From positions 310,001 through 374,000 of the forward strand of contig JASANG010003092.1 of NCBI GenBank assembly GCA_030248215.1: a stretch of DNA of 64,000 nucleotides, given 5' to 3'. The DNA comes from Enoplolaimus lenunculus (lineage: Eukaryota). A program made the position numbers and the translations under genes. The notes beneath the pieces were generated by a model, which worked only from the letters and a program-made list of their open reading frames with translations, ran no database searches and had not been told where the DNA came from. Shown piece by piece: positions 50,374 through 62,300 of the stretch (the first letter of the stretch is position 1; each line of letters starts with the position of its first letter).

Positions 50374-53300
50374 TTAGTCTATAAATGTTGGATTCACATC
50401 TTCCATGCCAACCTGAAACAAACATTTTGCACGATAAAGAGATGATAAGTAAAATTTTAAACATTATATTGGTAATTTTGATGAATTTGCAACGTTTCCG
50501 ATTGAAATTTTTATTCTAGCACGCATCAAAGTTGTACCAGGTATACTTGAGACTTCGAGGCTTAGCCTTATATTCATGCTTACACATTAGGCTTTGCGGA
50601 CTAAAACAGCGAGCTGTACAAATTACCGTTTTTGGACCGTTCGGCTGACCAACACGCCACGCCCTTTCAATTGTATCTGACTTCGACAACAAATCGATAC
50701 CAAGCAACGAATGAATTTGTTGTGGTGTTACAAAATTTCCCGGATCAGCCTGTCAAAAATTAAACACACATACTTACAACTTAACGTAACGAGAAGGACC
50801 TCACGTACACAGCGTCTTCGATCTGTACACTGCTGTGTGCAGATACGTCAGTTACTGGCAACAACTGGCGTCGCGGGTCTACCCAGCTTCAACTGCTGGC
50901 CAATGGCGTACAACCATTTCCCTCGAAGCTCCGAACCTGTGTTTTTGTTCGCGGAGTGGGCAACACCGGCCACCCTACTCCGTATCCTGTTAATCCGTGC
51001 CGGAATTGAGCAGAACCCTGGCCCGAATCCAAGATGGCCATGTGGTGTCTGTGGTAATGCCGTGACGAGAAACGAATGGTCGGTCAAGTGTAAGCACTGC
51101 AAAAAATACATCCACATGGGAACACGAAACTGTGCAAAACTGGATGGCACCGACAACTACAACCATGATACTTTCAAATGTGAACGCTGCCTCGACAATG
51201 TTGCCCCCAACCAAAGACACTACAGCAACCTACAGGCAAAAGCAACACGCGAGCTAAAGTGCAACCTGCGGTATCCGACAATTCTGAAGGTGTTTTCAAA
51301 ATCCTGCAGTTCAATGTAAATGGTATCCGAAATAAATTGGCTGAAGTCCTGCAATTCCTGGACGACAGTCAATTCCATGTTGCTGTCATTCAAGAGTCGA
51401 AATTGACACATTCTGCCAAAATCAAAACTCCTGGCTGGTCCTGTATTCGCACTGACCGCCCATCGGACAATGGCGGAGGCGGTTTACTGATAATGGTGAA
51501 AGAAACGATCAACTTCAGTGTGCTAAGCATCCCAACCAGAAGCGGTGACGTGAATATTGAGCAGTCAGGCATAACTGTCAACCTGGACGGCAGTGCTATC
51601 AACATCATCAACTGTTATATTCCGCCGCAGTCATCCTGCACATTAGCCTACACAGCTTCGATCGAACACCTGCTACTTCCTGGCTCCACTATCGTGCTTG
51701 GCGATATCAATGCCCACCACGATCTTTGGTTCAGCAACCATAACGCTGACACCCGCGGTGAATCGATTGCTGAAGAACTCCAGGCAAGCAACTTCACTCC
51801 GATCAACGAAGATTCACCGACTCGGCTGCCATCCAACGGGCCTGGCACCTCGCCAGATGTTTCAATCGTCTCAAACGATCTAGCACTCTCCGCCAACTGG
51901 TATACGACAACAGCCCTCTCAAGTGATCACCTACCAATCACCATCACGCTGTCAACAGCAAAAACAACAGCCAAAGCAACCAACAACTGCTTCACCAACT
52001 TCAAAAAAGCAAAATGGGACAATTTTCGTCGTCACTGCGAAGGCGCGTTCGACCAAATGACCTATCCGGTCGATCCAGATAAAGCAGAACGAGCTTTTAG
52101 AACAGTCCTACTCGATGCATCCGATCGATACATACCAAAAGGGCGCGTGCCGAAGATGGAACCGTACCGAATACCAGAGAGGGTACAGAACTTAATCAAA
52201 CAACGGGATGCGCTCAGAAGTGAAGACCCTAACGATGATAGGATCCAGGCTCTCAATGATGAAATTTCCAACAACATCTTTACTGACAAACGCCAGAAGT
52301 GGAGAGATATGATGAGTGCAGTGTCCTACCGCACTGGAACAACAGAACTCTGGCAACGTATCAAAGCACTCAACTGCAAAGCAAATGTCATAAAAAACCA
52401 AGGCGTCACATTCAATGGCAAAACGCACACTTCAAATGCCAGCATTGCAAACAAGTTCTGTCACCAATATGTTCCGAAAACGCCTCCAATCAAAGGCAAC
52501 AAATCCAGGCGTCAAAACCTCCGGGCTGCCAGCAACCTTCCGCTCAACGACGCTCCAATCTTCTCCGCTGACGACACCCGCAAAGCAATCATGTCGTCTA
52601 AATCGTCCAAAGCTATGGGTCCAGATGGCCTCACTGTTCTACATCTGAAACATCTGGGACGATCCGCGATCAACTTCCTGACTTCTATTTTCAACACGTC
52701 AATCAAAACGTCCATCATTCCCAGTGTATGGAAGAAGTCAGTGATCATACCTCTACCTAAACCCGGAAAAGACGCAACAGCAGGAGAGAACTGGAGACCA
52801 ATCAGCTTACTGTGCAATACCGCTAAGATCATGGAAAAGCTTCTGCTCCCGCTATTGGTGAAACGTCTGCCACTTCAACCCTCGCAGCATGGATTCCGGA
52901 GGAATCACTCAACGACTACAGCTCTTGCCAATATTGTTGCCGATATAGCCAACGGTTTTAATCAACAAAGACCGGCTTATCGCACAGTTCTGGTTGCCGT
53001 CGACCTAACCGCTGCATTCGATACTGTAGATCATGACTCGCTGACAGATCTGATACTCCGTCTACCCGCCCCTTCAAGCGCTCGTCGATGGGTCATCAAC
53101 TATATTCGAGGCCGTCAAGCGAAAGTCCTGTTTCGCAACCAGCTATCGTCAGCCCGTACGGTTCAATATGGTGTGGTACAAGGTGGGGTTCTCTCACCCA
53201 GCCTATTCAATCTTTACATGGCCGACCTTCCAACACCCCCGGCCAATGTAAAAGTTGTTAGCTATGCGGATGATGTTACTATATACACTTCTGGTTCTGT

Positions 53301-56300
53301 GATCGCCGATCTCAAAGACAAGCTAAACGCATACATACCAAGAGTGGCCGAATTCTTTGACAGTCGAAAACTAACTGTCTCGACCAGCAAATCGTCAGTG
53401 ACACTGTTCACCCCGCAAACGGCGCAGGCGAAAATACACCCCCAAATAAACTTCAAAGGCCATCTGCTCCCATTAGTCAAAAACCCGAAACTGCTGGGCG
53501 TAACCCTCGACACGATGATGTGCTTCGGTGCCCATTGTAAGATTCTCTCAGCACGTGTTCAGCAGCGCAATTCCATTCTCAAAGCGTTGGCCGGATCGAC
53601 TTGGGGAAGCGACAAGGAAACCCTGTTACTGTCATACAGAGCTATTAGCAGATCGATTCTAAGCTACTGTTGTCCCGTCTGGGAACCAATCCTCACGGAA
53701 ACACACTGGACACGCCTACAAAGATCGCAGAATACTGCACTGCGCATTGCCATCGGATGCATGCAAATGACCGACATCGATGACCTTCATCGCGAGGCCA
53801 AAGAACTGCCCGTAAAGAAGCACAACCAGCTTATTGCCCGCCAGTTCGCATTCTCCAGCCACCACCCCGCACACCCATGCCATGACAGTTGTATCAAACA
53901 AGTTCCAGCAAGACCAAATATGAAACCTACGGTTTGGTACAAACACTCTGCTGAATATACTCACCTGCTGCCCCCGGGGGGTCGTCTCGATGATGAAAAT
54001 CTCAAGGCCGGGATTAAGTCACTCCATTCTTCTGCTGTGGAGAGCGCAAAACACGGGTATAAGCAGAATCTCGTCCTGGGGGGATATCCTCCGCCGATCT
54101 GCTCAACTGAAGAATCTCTTCCCTGCCAAGTGAGAACCCACCTCGCACAACTAAGATCCGGCTACAGCAGACATCTGAACTCGTACCTGGCAAGGATCAA
54201 TAATCAGATCGTCGACGTCTGCCCAGATTGCAACGTCGGGCCACATAATACCGCCCATATCTTTAACTGCGCAGCAAAACCAACAAACCTAACGGAAGAA
54301 TCTCTGTGGACAGACCCAGTTGCCGTCGCCAAGCATCTGGGATACCAAATATAGGAAGGAAGCTTCAAAGAGGGCTATCATCATCATCATCACTTAACGA
54401 GAAATATTAAGCGCTCAATTAAAACTCATCATGACATTAACAGCACAATTCTTATCGAACCTGTAAGACACATAATTAAATTTTAAAATATTAATGTATT
54501 TTATGGCCTATGTAATGTACAGGACCCAAACTAAACAGAAATTTTGTATTTACCTCACTACATGAGAAGTGAAAACCAAAATTTCCCAAAAAACAAGCGC
54601 CAAGGTGTTTAGACAAACACGACCGTTAAGATGGTAGCAGAAAACTACTGTTTTTGGAAAATCATCTTGGGTTACAACGCAGACAAAATGTTACCCAACT
54701 TGTAGAATGTGACAAAAAGTGACCCGAGCTGCCCCATTTATAACGTGAACACCGCATAACGCCAATGAACAGTCCTCGTCGAATATTAAAACTATCAAAA
54801 CAACACTCAAAATTTGTGTAAAAATTAACACACCAACCTTCTTTGCAATGTCAGCAAGATCCAAAACTAAAGTTTTCGCTGAAAAAATAAAAAAATTAAG
54901 AACTACACAAAAAACTTTAACTTCTACAACGTTTAGACAAAACCGGATCTAGTTCTTATTCTTACAAATCAAAATTAGCCAACTGATTTATACACACTGT
55001 TCTGTCAGCACGTGAAAATTGTCTTGGAACAATCGTACATAGGGTGCTTGCCAAACCAGGGTGGCAACAAAAGTTTGTATTCGGATTTGGAAGTCCAGAA
55101 AGCACAATTCAACAATGTTCGGTAAAATATGCTTACATTTTAAAAAATAAAAATTATAAATAACTTGCGATATAAATTGATATTTATTTCAGATCACAAA
55201 TTTCAGAACTGCGGTCAGGCAAGAAATAATTGCTTTTTGCGCAAAAACAAGATTTGCTGAATAACAAACATTAGTTTTGCAGGCCGCTTTACATGACCAA
55301 TAGTCACTGTTGATCGTCAACGTTTAACAGTTGATATCATGAAACAAATTATCTATCAATCGGAAATTTGTAAAATGATCGGTAAACTATCAATGGATTT
55401 GGTGTCGGTTAATTCCCGATTCAGAACCACCCTGTACAGAACACAAAAAACTCGTGATCCACATTGCAAAATCTTTGTAAGTGTGACTTTAAATTCTCCA
55501 GTTTATGCTTTATGAGCTATGTTTTGCTGAGTTTGCAACCCAACCGGCAATACAGTATAAAGTCTCACAAAACCCAACAAAACCAACTTGTAACTACTCT
55601 TCTGATGAGCCAAGCATACAAAACCAACTTACAGCTACCCTCATGATAATCCAAGCATCAAAACATTCACCTATATTGATTTCAGTATGTCCCGGATCCA
55701 CCTGGTGCACTAGCGTAATAGGCGGACCTGAACTAAGCCGTGAATACTGAACACATGCAAGATCATTCAGTAGATGGCCTGTGCGAACCAGCTGCATTGT
55801 CACCGGATCATTATTTTGCTCCAGCATATCAGAATTTTTGTCGGAACATAGATCTGTTTTCGTTGTCTGTTCCTCAGAAGAACATGGCGGTAGGTCTGTA
55901 ATATTTTACCGCAATATGCAACATATACCACTGAAGTTTTAGGGATATCATAAAAACAATATAAGAAACATACATGGAACTACTTCAAAATGACCAAAAG
56001 CTGACTATATAATTGTTGTCGATATATTTTAGCTGCGCCATCCGAACAAAAACGCGTTGGCTGGTTGATAAAAAACTTTACAAAAACAGAGATAGCAAAT
56101 TTTAAAAATTATTAGGTCGATATTATTGAAGTTAAATTAGCTGTGAAGGTGAACAATAAAGATAGCAACAAAAAACGAAGTAGCTCTCTTATTCATTACA
56201 TACAAACCCCCTTTTTCAGTCATATAAATTTTCGGGTACACTCAAAAACCGAAGTGCATAAAACAAACCTTTCATACTGTGCAGAAACGCAACATCTATG

Positions 56301-59300
56301 CCGTCGTCTGCCAGACTTTTCAAGCTTTCCAGGTTCACACATCCCGACTCCTGAAATAGTACAATCTGCGATAACCTGAATCCTTACAAAGTATCCCTAC
56401 CTCAAGGAAAGAGAAGAAACGTATGTGTTATTCCTCAAAAAGATCGGCATACGAGACTATTAATCGATAGGAAGTTATTGTAGTTAAATAAAATATTTTA
56501 TAACTTTACAGTTATGAAATGATCTTTGTCTTTCATAAAATTAAAAAATACGTACATTACTGCCCGACGAATAGGTTTGCTGCCTGAGGATAAGTCGTTC
56601 CTGTTCTCGGATTGCTTTTCGCTAAACAAAAAATAGAAATGAAAAACGTTTGGAAATTGGAGTTCATAACTGACATCAAATTCAAAATTCTACGTTCCAC
56701 ACTTAAGGTAATTTTGCTCCGTATTTTCATTGCTAAACCGAGACCGCGAGACAAGACATCATATTAAGTTAAAAATTAAAACAGTTTAATAAACACAAAA
56801 ACCTACTATAATACTCCACACATTCACTAGCAGACACAGGGCGTATTACGCCGAAACTGTCGTTTGGTTCAAAGGAATGTCATCAAAAAATAAACCTGAA
56901 CAAAGCGAAGGTAGCCTATTCCTAAGCCAAAACTTTAGCATAAGAATGACATTATACCTAAGCCTAACCAAGCAAAAAACAGTCTACAGCTTAAGCTTAC
57001 TCTATAGCAGTCCGGCAGAAAAACGTTCCGCCCCTAATGTTTACATGGACCACTAATTTTTGCTTGCGTTGATTGATCTTAATGGGGCCTGTGCTTAACA
57101 ATGCCGCTAATCTGACAAGTTCAAAACATATATTCATACTGGGCAGTCTCTAGGACGCTGGCAATTCGAAAGGCAAGCTGTCAACTATCACGTTGGAGAA
57201 TTAGTGGAGGAAAAATATTTGGAGAAGTAAATTTTTTTGTCTTAAAAGCTTTTGTGGTTAGGCTTACTACCCTTCCCAACTAGAAAATCCCCAGTCAAAG
57301 TATCCAATTGCAACTGCAACCAACATTTCAAAATGCACTTACGTCAGCGGAATGATCAAACGACTTAGAATGTTCGCCACCTGTTAACGCATCTAGCATA
57401 GCGTCTCCTAATTCTAGCTCGTAATCATAAGCAACGTCCAAATACGACTTAAGACTGAAATGAGTCAATGACAAGCAGTGTACGTCTTTGTCAGTGTTCT
57501 CAAATGCGAGTAGTACCAATCATAAGTTGATGTCAACGTATAATATATTATCTTTCGAAACGAAAAATGGTTATGTTTATAATATATCTTTGGAAACAAA
57601 AAATGGTGATGTTTCACCTTGGGCATTTTAGCGTTTAATTTGCCAGGCCGCAATAATGCTAACTTTGATATTCGAGGCTGTCGCTGTCCGTTTGCTTAAA
57701 AACCTATCACAGGCTTGTGATTTTGCTACACACGGTTAAAAAATACCGTTCCTTACAAAAACAGTGTTGCATGTATATCTAAAAACCGCAGCTATGCGGT
57801 TTTAAACTTTTACTGAGAACAATACCGCAAAATTTAGTTCAATAAAACTTATAATTCTGCAAAAACCAACATACAATTTTGCAAATACTCGGTACTACAG
57901 GTACTCTGTAGTAACAGGACTGGTCATAACTACGAGTATGTATAGAGTTTCTGTGTCGACAAATCTGTTAGTTGTTAAAGTTCGGATTCGGTTTTCGATT
58001 CGACAATAATTGAAAGCTCCAAATCAGACGGGTTTGAAAAAACACAATCTTGTTTCAGTGAAGCAGGATTCTATATTAAAAATTCACATTTTTAGGTTAT
58101 CTGCACAGATTCGATGTGCTAATTCGATATATCATACGGGTACAGTTTTAATTTTGCACAATACGTTTATTTTATACGAAAAAACACTGGTGCCACTCTG
58201 GTTGTTGCAACAACTTCAACCCCCGGTATGAAATTAGTTTAATTAGAGAAAAAAGACTTGGCGGTATGCAATATTCACGGTCTTGTATCAACGCTTACTC
58301 ATTGGTATGTGCTGTTTCTGCATAATTTCCATACGTTCCAAGCAAAAATGCCGAGTCGTCCTTCGAGAGCGTTGCCCAAGTCGAATCATACGTTGGAGCA
58401 AACGATGCGAACGATCCATAGTCTAACGGCCGAACTACAAATAATAAACAAATAGAAAGCGAAAGGTATGAAGCGCTTTGCTGCCTAAACTGGTAACACG
58501 AGAACTTATATTAGTATATATCAGAGTGCGACCGGATACCCAAAAACAAACGAGACGGATAATTTAACATCCGGCCGGTGTCGGATAATTAAAAAATCAA
58601 TTCAAATGTAACATTAAACAGAGTTTATCAAAACGTAGCTAACAATTCTTCCTTCCGTGACCTAAGGTATTCAACTTGTAGGATAAATACTCACAAATAC
58701 ATCATTTTTACGCTAAAGTTTAGGTTCAGGTGTAGAACAGGGTGCAACCGTATATTAATTCACCGGATACCAAATATTTGCTGCCGAAAAACTGAAATTA
58801 TTTAATGCAAAAATGCGTTTAACTTTGGCTCGCTTGCATAAGTTAAAAGTAGCAGGAGGTGTATAAAAACTTGAACTTCTTGGCTTGCCTTCAGAAATAT
58901 AATCGCTGCAAGATCTTAAAGATGCTCACTTGTAAAAAGCAGTTGCATGATATTCGGCACCACAACCGTAAATATCCGGTATCCGATAAGTTTACACCGG
59001 ATGCCGGAACCAAATACGGATATCAGTTTTTGCCGGGTGCTAAACTGGAACCGGATATTCTGTCGCACCCTACGTTGAGATACTGTAATATTGTAACCCA
59101 ATAAAGATTTGTGAAGATACACGGGCACATGCAAACATTTACAACAATGACAGAAAAAACAAGCAAAAGAAGTCAATCAATTCCATGGCAGTTGGCAGAA
59201 ATCGAAACTGCTTCAGTACTCTCGTTTAAAAACCTGTTACTAACTGGTGATAGGTGCTAAACATATTATTTGAAAATGCGGGTGCATGTCTACATTGTAG

Positions 59301-62300
59301 CTGCTGTCGTTCCGCTCTGAATGTCACGATTGAAAATATTAACCATCAAATCAAAAACAAACCAGCGAAAAATCTAGATATGGCGAATCTACGTCGCAAA
59401 AATACTATTTGGTTTTTCGACCAAAATCCTAGGCCCATATTCTCAAATGTGTATAGCAACTATCATTCGTTATAGGTTATCAAACTCATTAACTGTTGCA
59501 GTAACTGAACTCAAAATTGGTACAAGAGTAGAGCAAATCATATGTCAAAAAAGTTCTGAATTTAATGCTTCAGAATTCACTGGTTCAAATGTATAAGATG
59601 TATCAGCAAATACTGATATATGCTACACACATTTCAGAATTCGGGCCCTAACACTAGCCTGTTTACTAACACTGATTTTATATTGAAGACAAAAAATAAG
59701 CTCATGAGCCTACCCGGCATGACAAAATTCCGTTTATCTTCGGTAAAAGCTGGTAATCCTGGCGTTCCAACTTTCAATTTAGTTACGATATTGCCGAACG
59801 TGGCTGAACTTTGCGGATCATTCTCACCAGCCAAACCACTGTACAACTGTGCACGTTGAGAGCTACAACGTGGCGGCAAAAAATTTAACGTTACAGTGCC
59901 ATCTTCACGCTGGTTCATGTCTCCAGTCTGCAATGAAACAACATGATATGTTTGTGGCTGCGCATATCACCACCAATTTGCTATCCATATCAATCACTGA
60001 TTGCGCTACACATTTATTATCATTAAAATAGAACCAACACTGAATGGATGTCGATAGTGCATCTGATCTTGTCATTAAAGCAGACTGCCCTGTAAGTTTA
60101 ATAAGTATTTAACTTCGACCAAATTGCTAAATACACAAACTAGAGAATTGGCCTGAACCAATTAGTATGTATCAAAAATAGCAAATCTACAGCTTCAAAT
60201 TTCAGATTACGCACAGTGGCAGGAAAAATTATTAACGAAAAATGTACCAAATTTCAAAGCCCATCAATCAATGCTTCTCAAGTTACAAGACTTATATCCA
60301 ACAGGTAATAGGTGCCACATGCATTTACGAACACAGAAAAAACCCGGTTACAAACCTTTACGTTAGCCATTCGCACCGCAAATCGATCTCGAGCACAAAC
60401 ATTTTTTGTTTCCGCATTTCGAATGACTTCCTCAGCTGTCATTATATCAACAATTCCTTCGGATTTTCTATTAAAATTATAACATACTGAATTAGTTTCT
60501 GAAACCCTAATTCAGGACGAGTTAGTACTTAAATACTTGCTAAGCAGTTACTTAACCATTTTGTTGTTTTTTAAAGCTTACTTAAGTTCATACTTAAGTC
60601 GCTGACTAAATTAGATATTTACAGATTAGCATCTCAGGCATACTAACTTTGGTCTAAGTGACACTGTAGGCTGATGGTGTCTCCTTAATATAAATTAGAA
60701 CTATTACTATTTTGTGATGACAGTGGCTCATGTTTGGCATTTATCTGTTTTTGTTCAAAAACGTAAGCTTTCTTCTTAAGTGTGCGACTTCAATAATTAC
60801 TTAATTATAACTTAAGTAAATAGTTAAGTAAGATTTCAGAAACCCAGCCATTGTCAGTAAAATACACACTATAACACAAGAAGAATCGATTTACATCAAC
60901 ATACGTAAAACAAAATAATAATAATAATAATAATAATAAATAATAATAATAATAATAGTTATAATAATAATAGCCTAATTGCATTTTATTTTAAAACGTC
61001 AATTCGTACATTCAAGGTAAATTTCAGAAATACCAAGGCAAATTTCAGAAACACTGAAAATCTAGAATCCATGGCTATAAAAAACCATTATCCGTATCTC
61101 TAAAATGTGCAGCCATTAAGGTCAATGAACGAAACACCTTTTGAAGATTAGGTATAATAAAATTTCGCATAACACTTTGACAAACTGATTACCCGACGTA
61201 TGATTTGCGTTTCATAGGTTTCCGTAGCTTCAGCTCAAAACCAAGCCGCTCATTAGGCAACTGTCGTCCAAAGGGCATTGCTTTGGCCAGTGTAGTTAAT
61301 TTTTCCTAAAATAACCCTCGCTTGGCACAAATTTGTTATTGTTGAGACACAAAGTTTCGCTTGGATTGTATTAACTGTAATACAAGTTTCCATTTCCTCT
61401 GCTGTATTTGTTTAATTTTGATTGGATTAGTCTGCATCTTGCAGGGTTCCAACAGGCACTAGATTTTGTCGGAACAAGAACAGGAACTGAATTTCTTTAC
61501 AGGAACCGTAACACGAACCGGAATTTGAAATAATTCCCAATTACTATTGGGATTTTTAGAAACCTTGCCAAAAAATTTTTGCAAAAACACAACAGAAACA
61601 ATTTATTACCGAAATTGAGCTAATGAATGGCAAAAAGCACTCATTTACAAATAACAATTTTTCAAAGGCAAAGTTCCCAATACGAAGATGATGATAAATG
61701 AATGCCACAAAACCGTAAATATTCTAGTTCCTGCATCTTTGAATGCAAGAACAGGAACAGGAATTAAGTTTGACATAAATCAAAACAGGAACAGGAATTT
61801 AGTTTGGCATAAATTCCGGCACGAACAGAAATTCCGGTTGAACCCTGTTATCTTACTTTATAACAACTGCAATTACAAAATTGAAAATCTGCAAATAATA
61901 TTCTTGACCGGCAATTAACGATATACATGGCAAACAGCATACTTTTGAAGTAATTTGTCCAGTTAGCGCTGATAGTTTCCGCGCAGCAGCAACTACTGGG
62001 CTGTCATGAGAATAGTATACCGACGCATTTGAACATATCGTTAAAAGGTCCATCTAAAAACGAAATAAAATCGTTAGATATAGTCCGAGTTTTATCTCAC
62101 TTATGGCTGCCAGAATCGATTTCGTTGCCCCCAAACAAGTTATCCAAAATAAGTTCAAAATTTAAAAATCCACTGAACCATGCAAATAAACAATAACTTA
62201 ACAAACAGCAAACGCATCCGGACACCAAGCGACAGCATCGTTCGCTAACTTTAGCGGTATCCTAATTATCAAACCCAACTGTCTGCAACAGATAAAGAAA

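Larger units (their letters stand above)
50796..54391 (+). mobile_element. Full-length APE-type non-LTR retrotransposon (I-group/Ingi-Vingi-like architecture, no RNase H seen), antisense in a BRD7/9 intron
   Basis: Right flank ACTTAACGAGAA (54392-54403) recurs on the left as ACTTAACG-taacg-AGAA (50779-50795), i.e. a TSD with a 5-nt stutter. (ATC)5 tail at 54377-54391. Higher GC than flanks; long open APE-RT frame. Clade assignment is inference. Confidence 0.95.

Noticed and set aside
50711..50902. ORF-track start at 50711 for the PHD ORF
   Set aside because: It lies outside the TSD-defined element and overlaps a BRD7/9 exon on the other strand; ATG 50903 is the first ATG inside the element.
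51390..53964. Antisense and alternative-frame ORFs inside the retrotransposon
   Set aside because: Shadow ORFs of a GC-richer coding region with no recognisable motifs.
54404..54467. Cryptic BRD7/9 exon interrupted by the retrotransposon
   Set aside because: Stop in its third codon, and the downstream intron would be only 28 nt.
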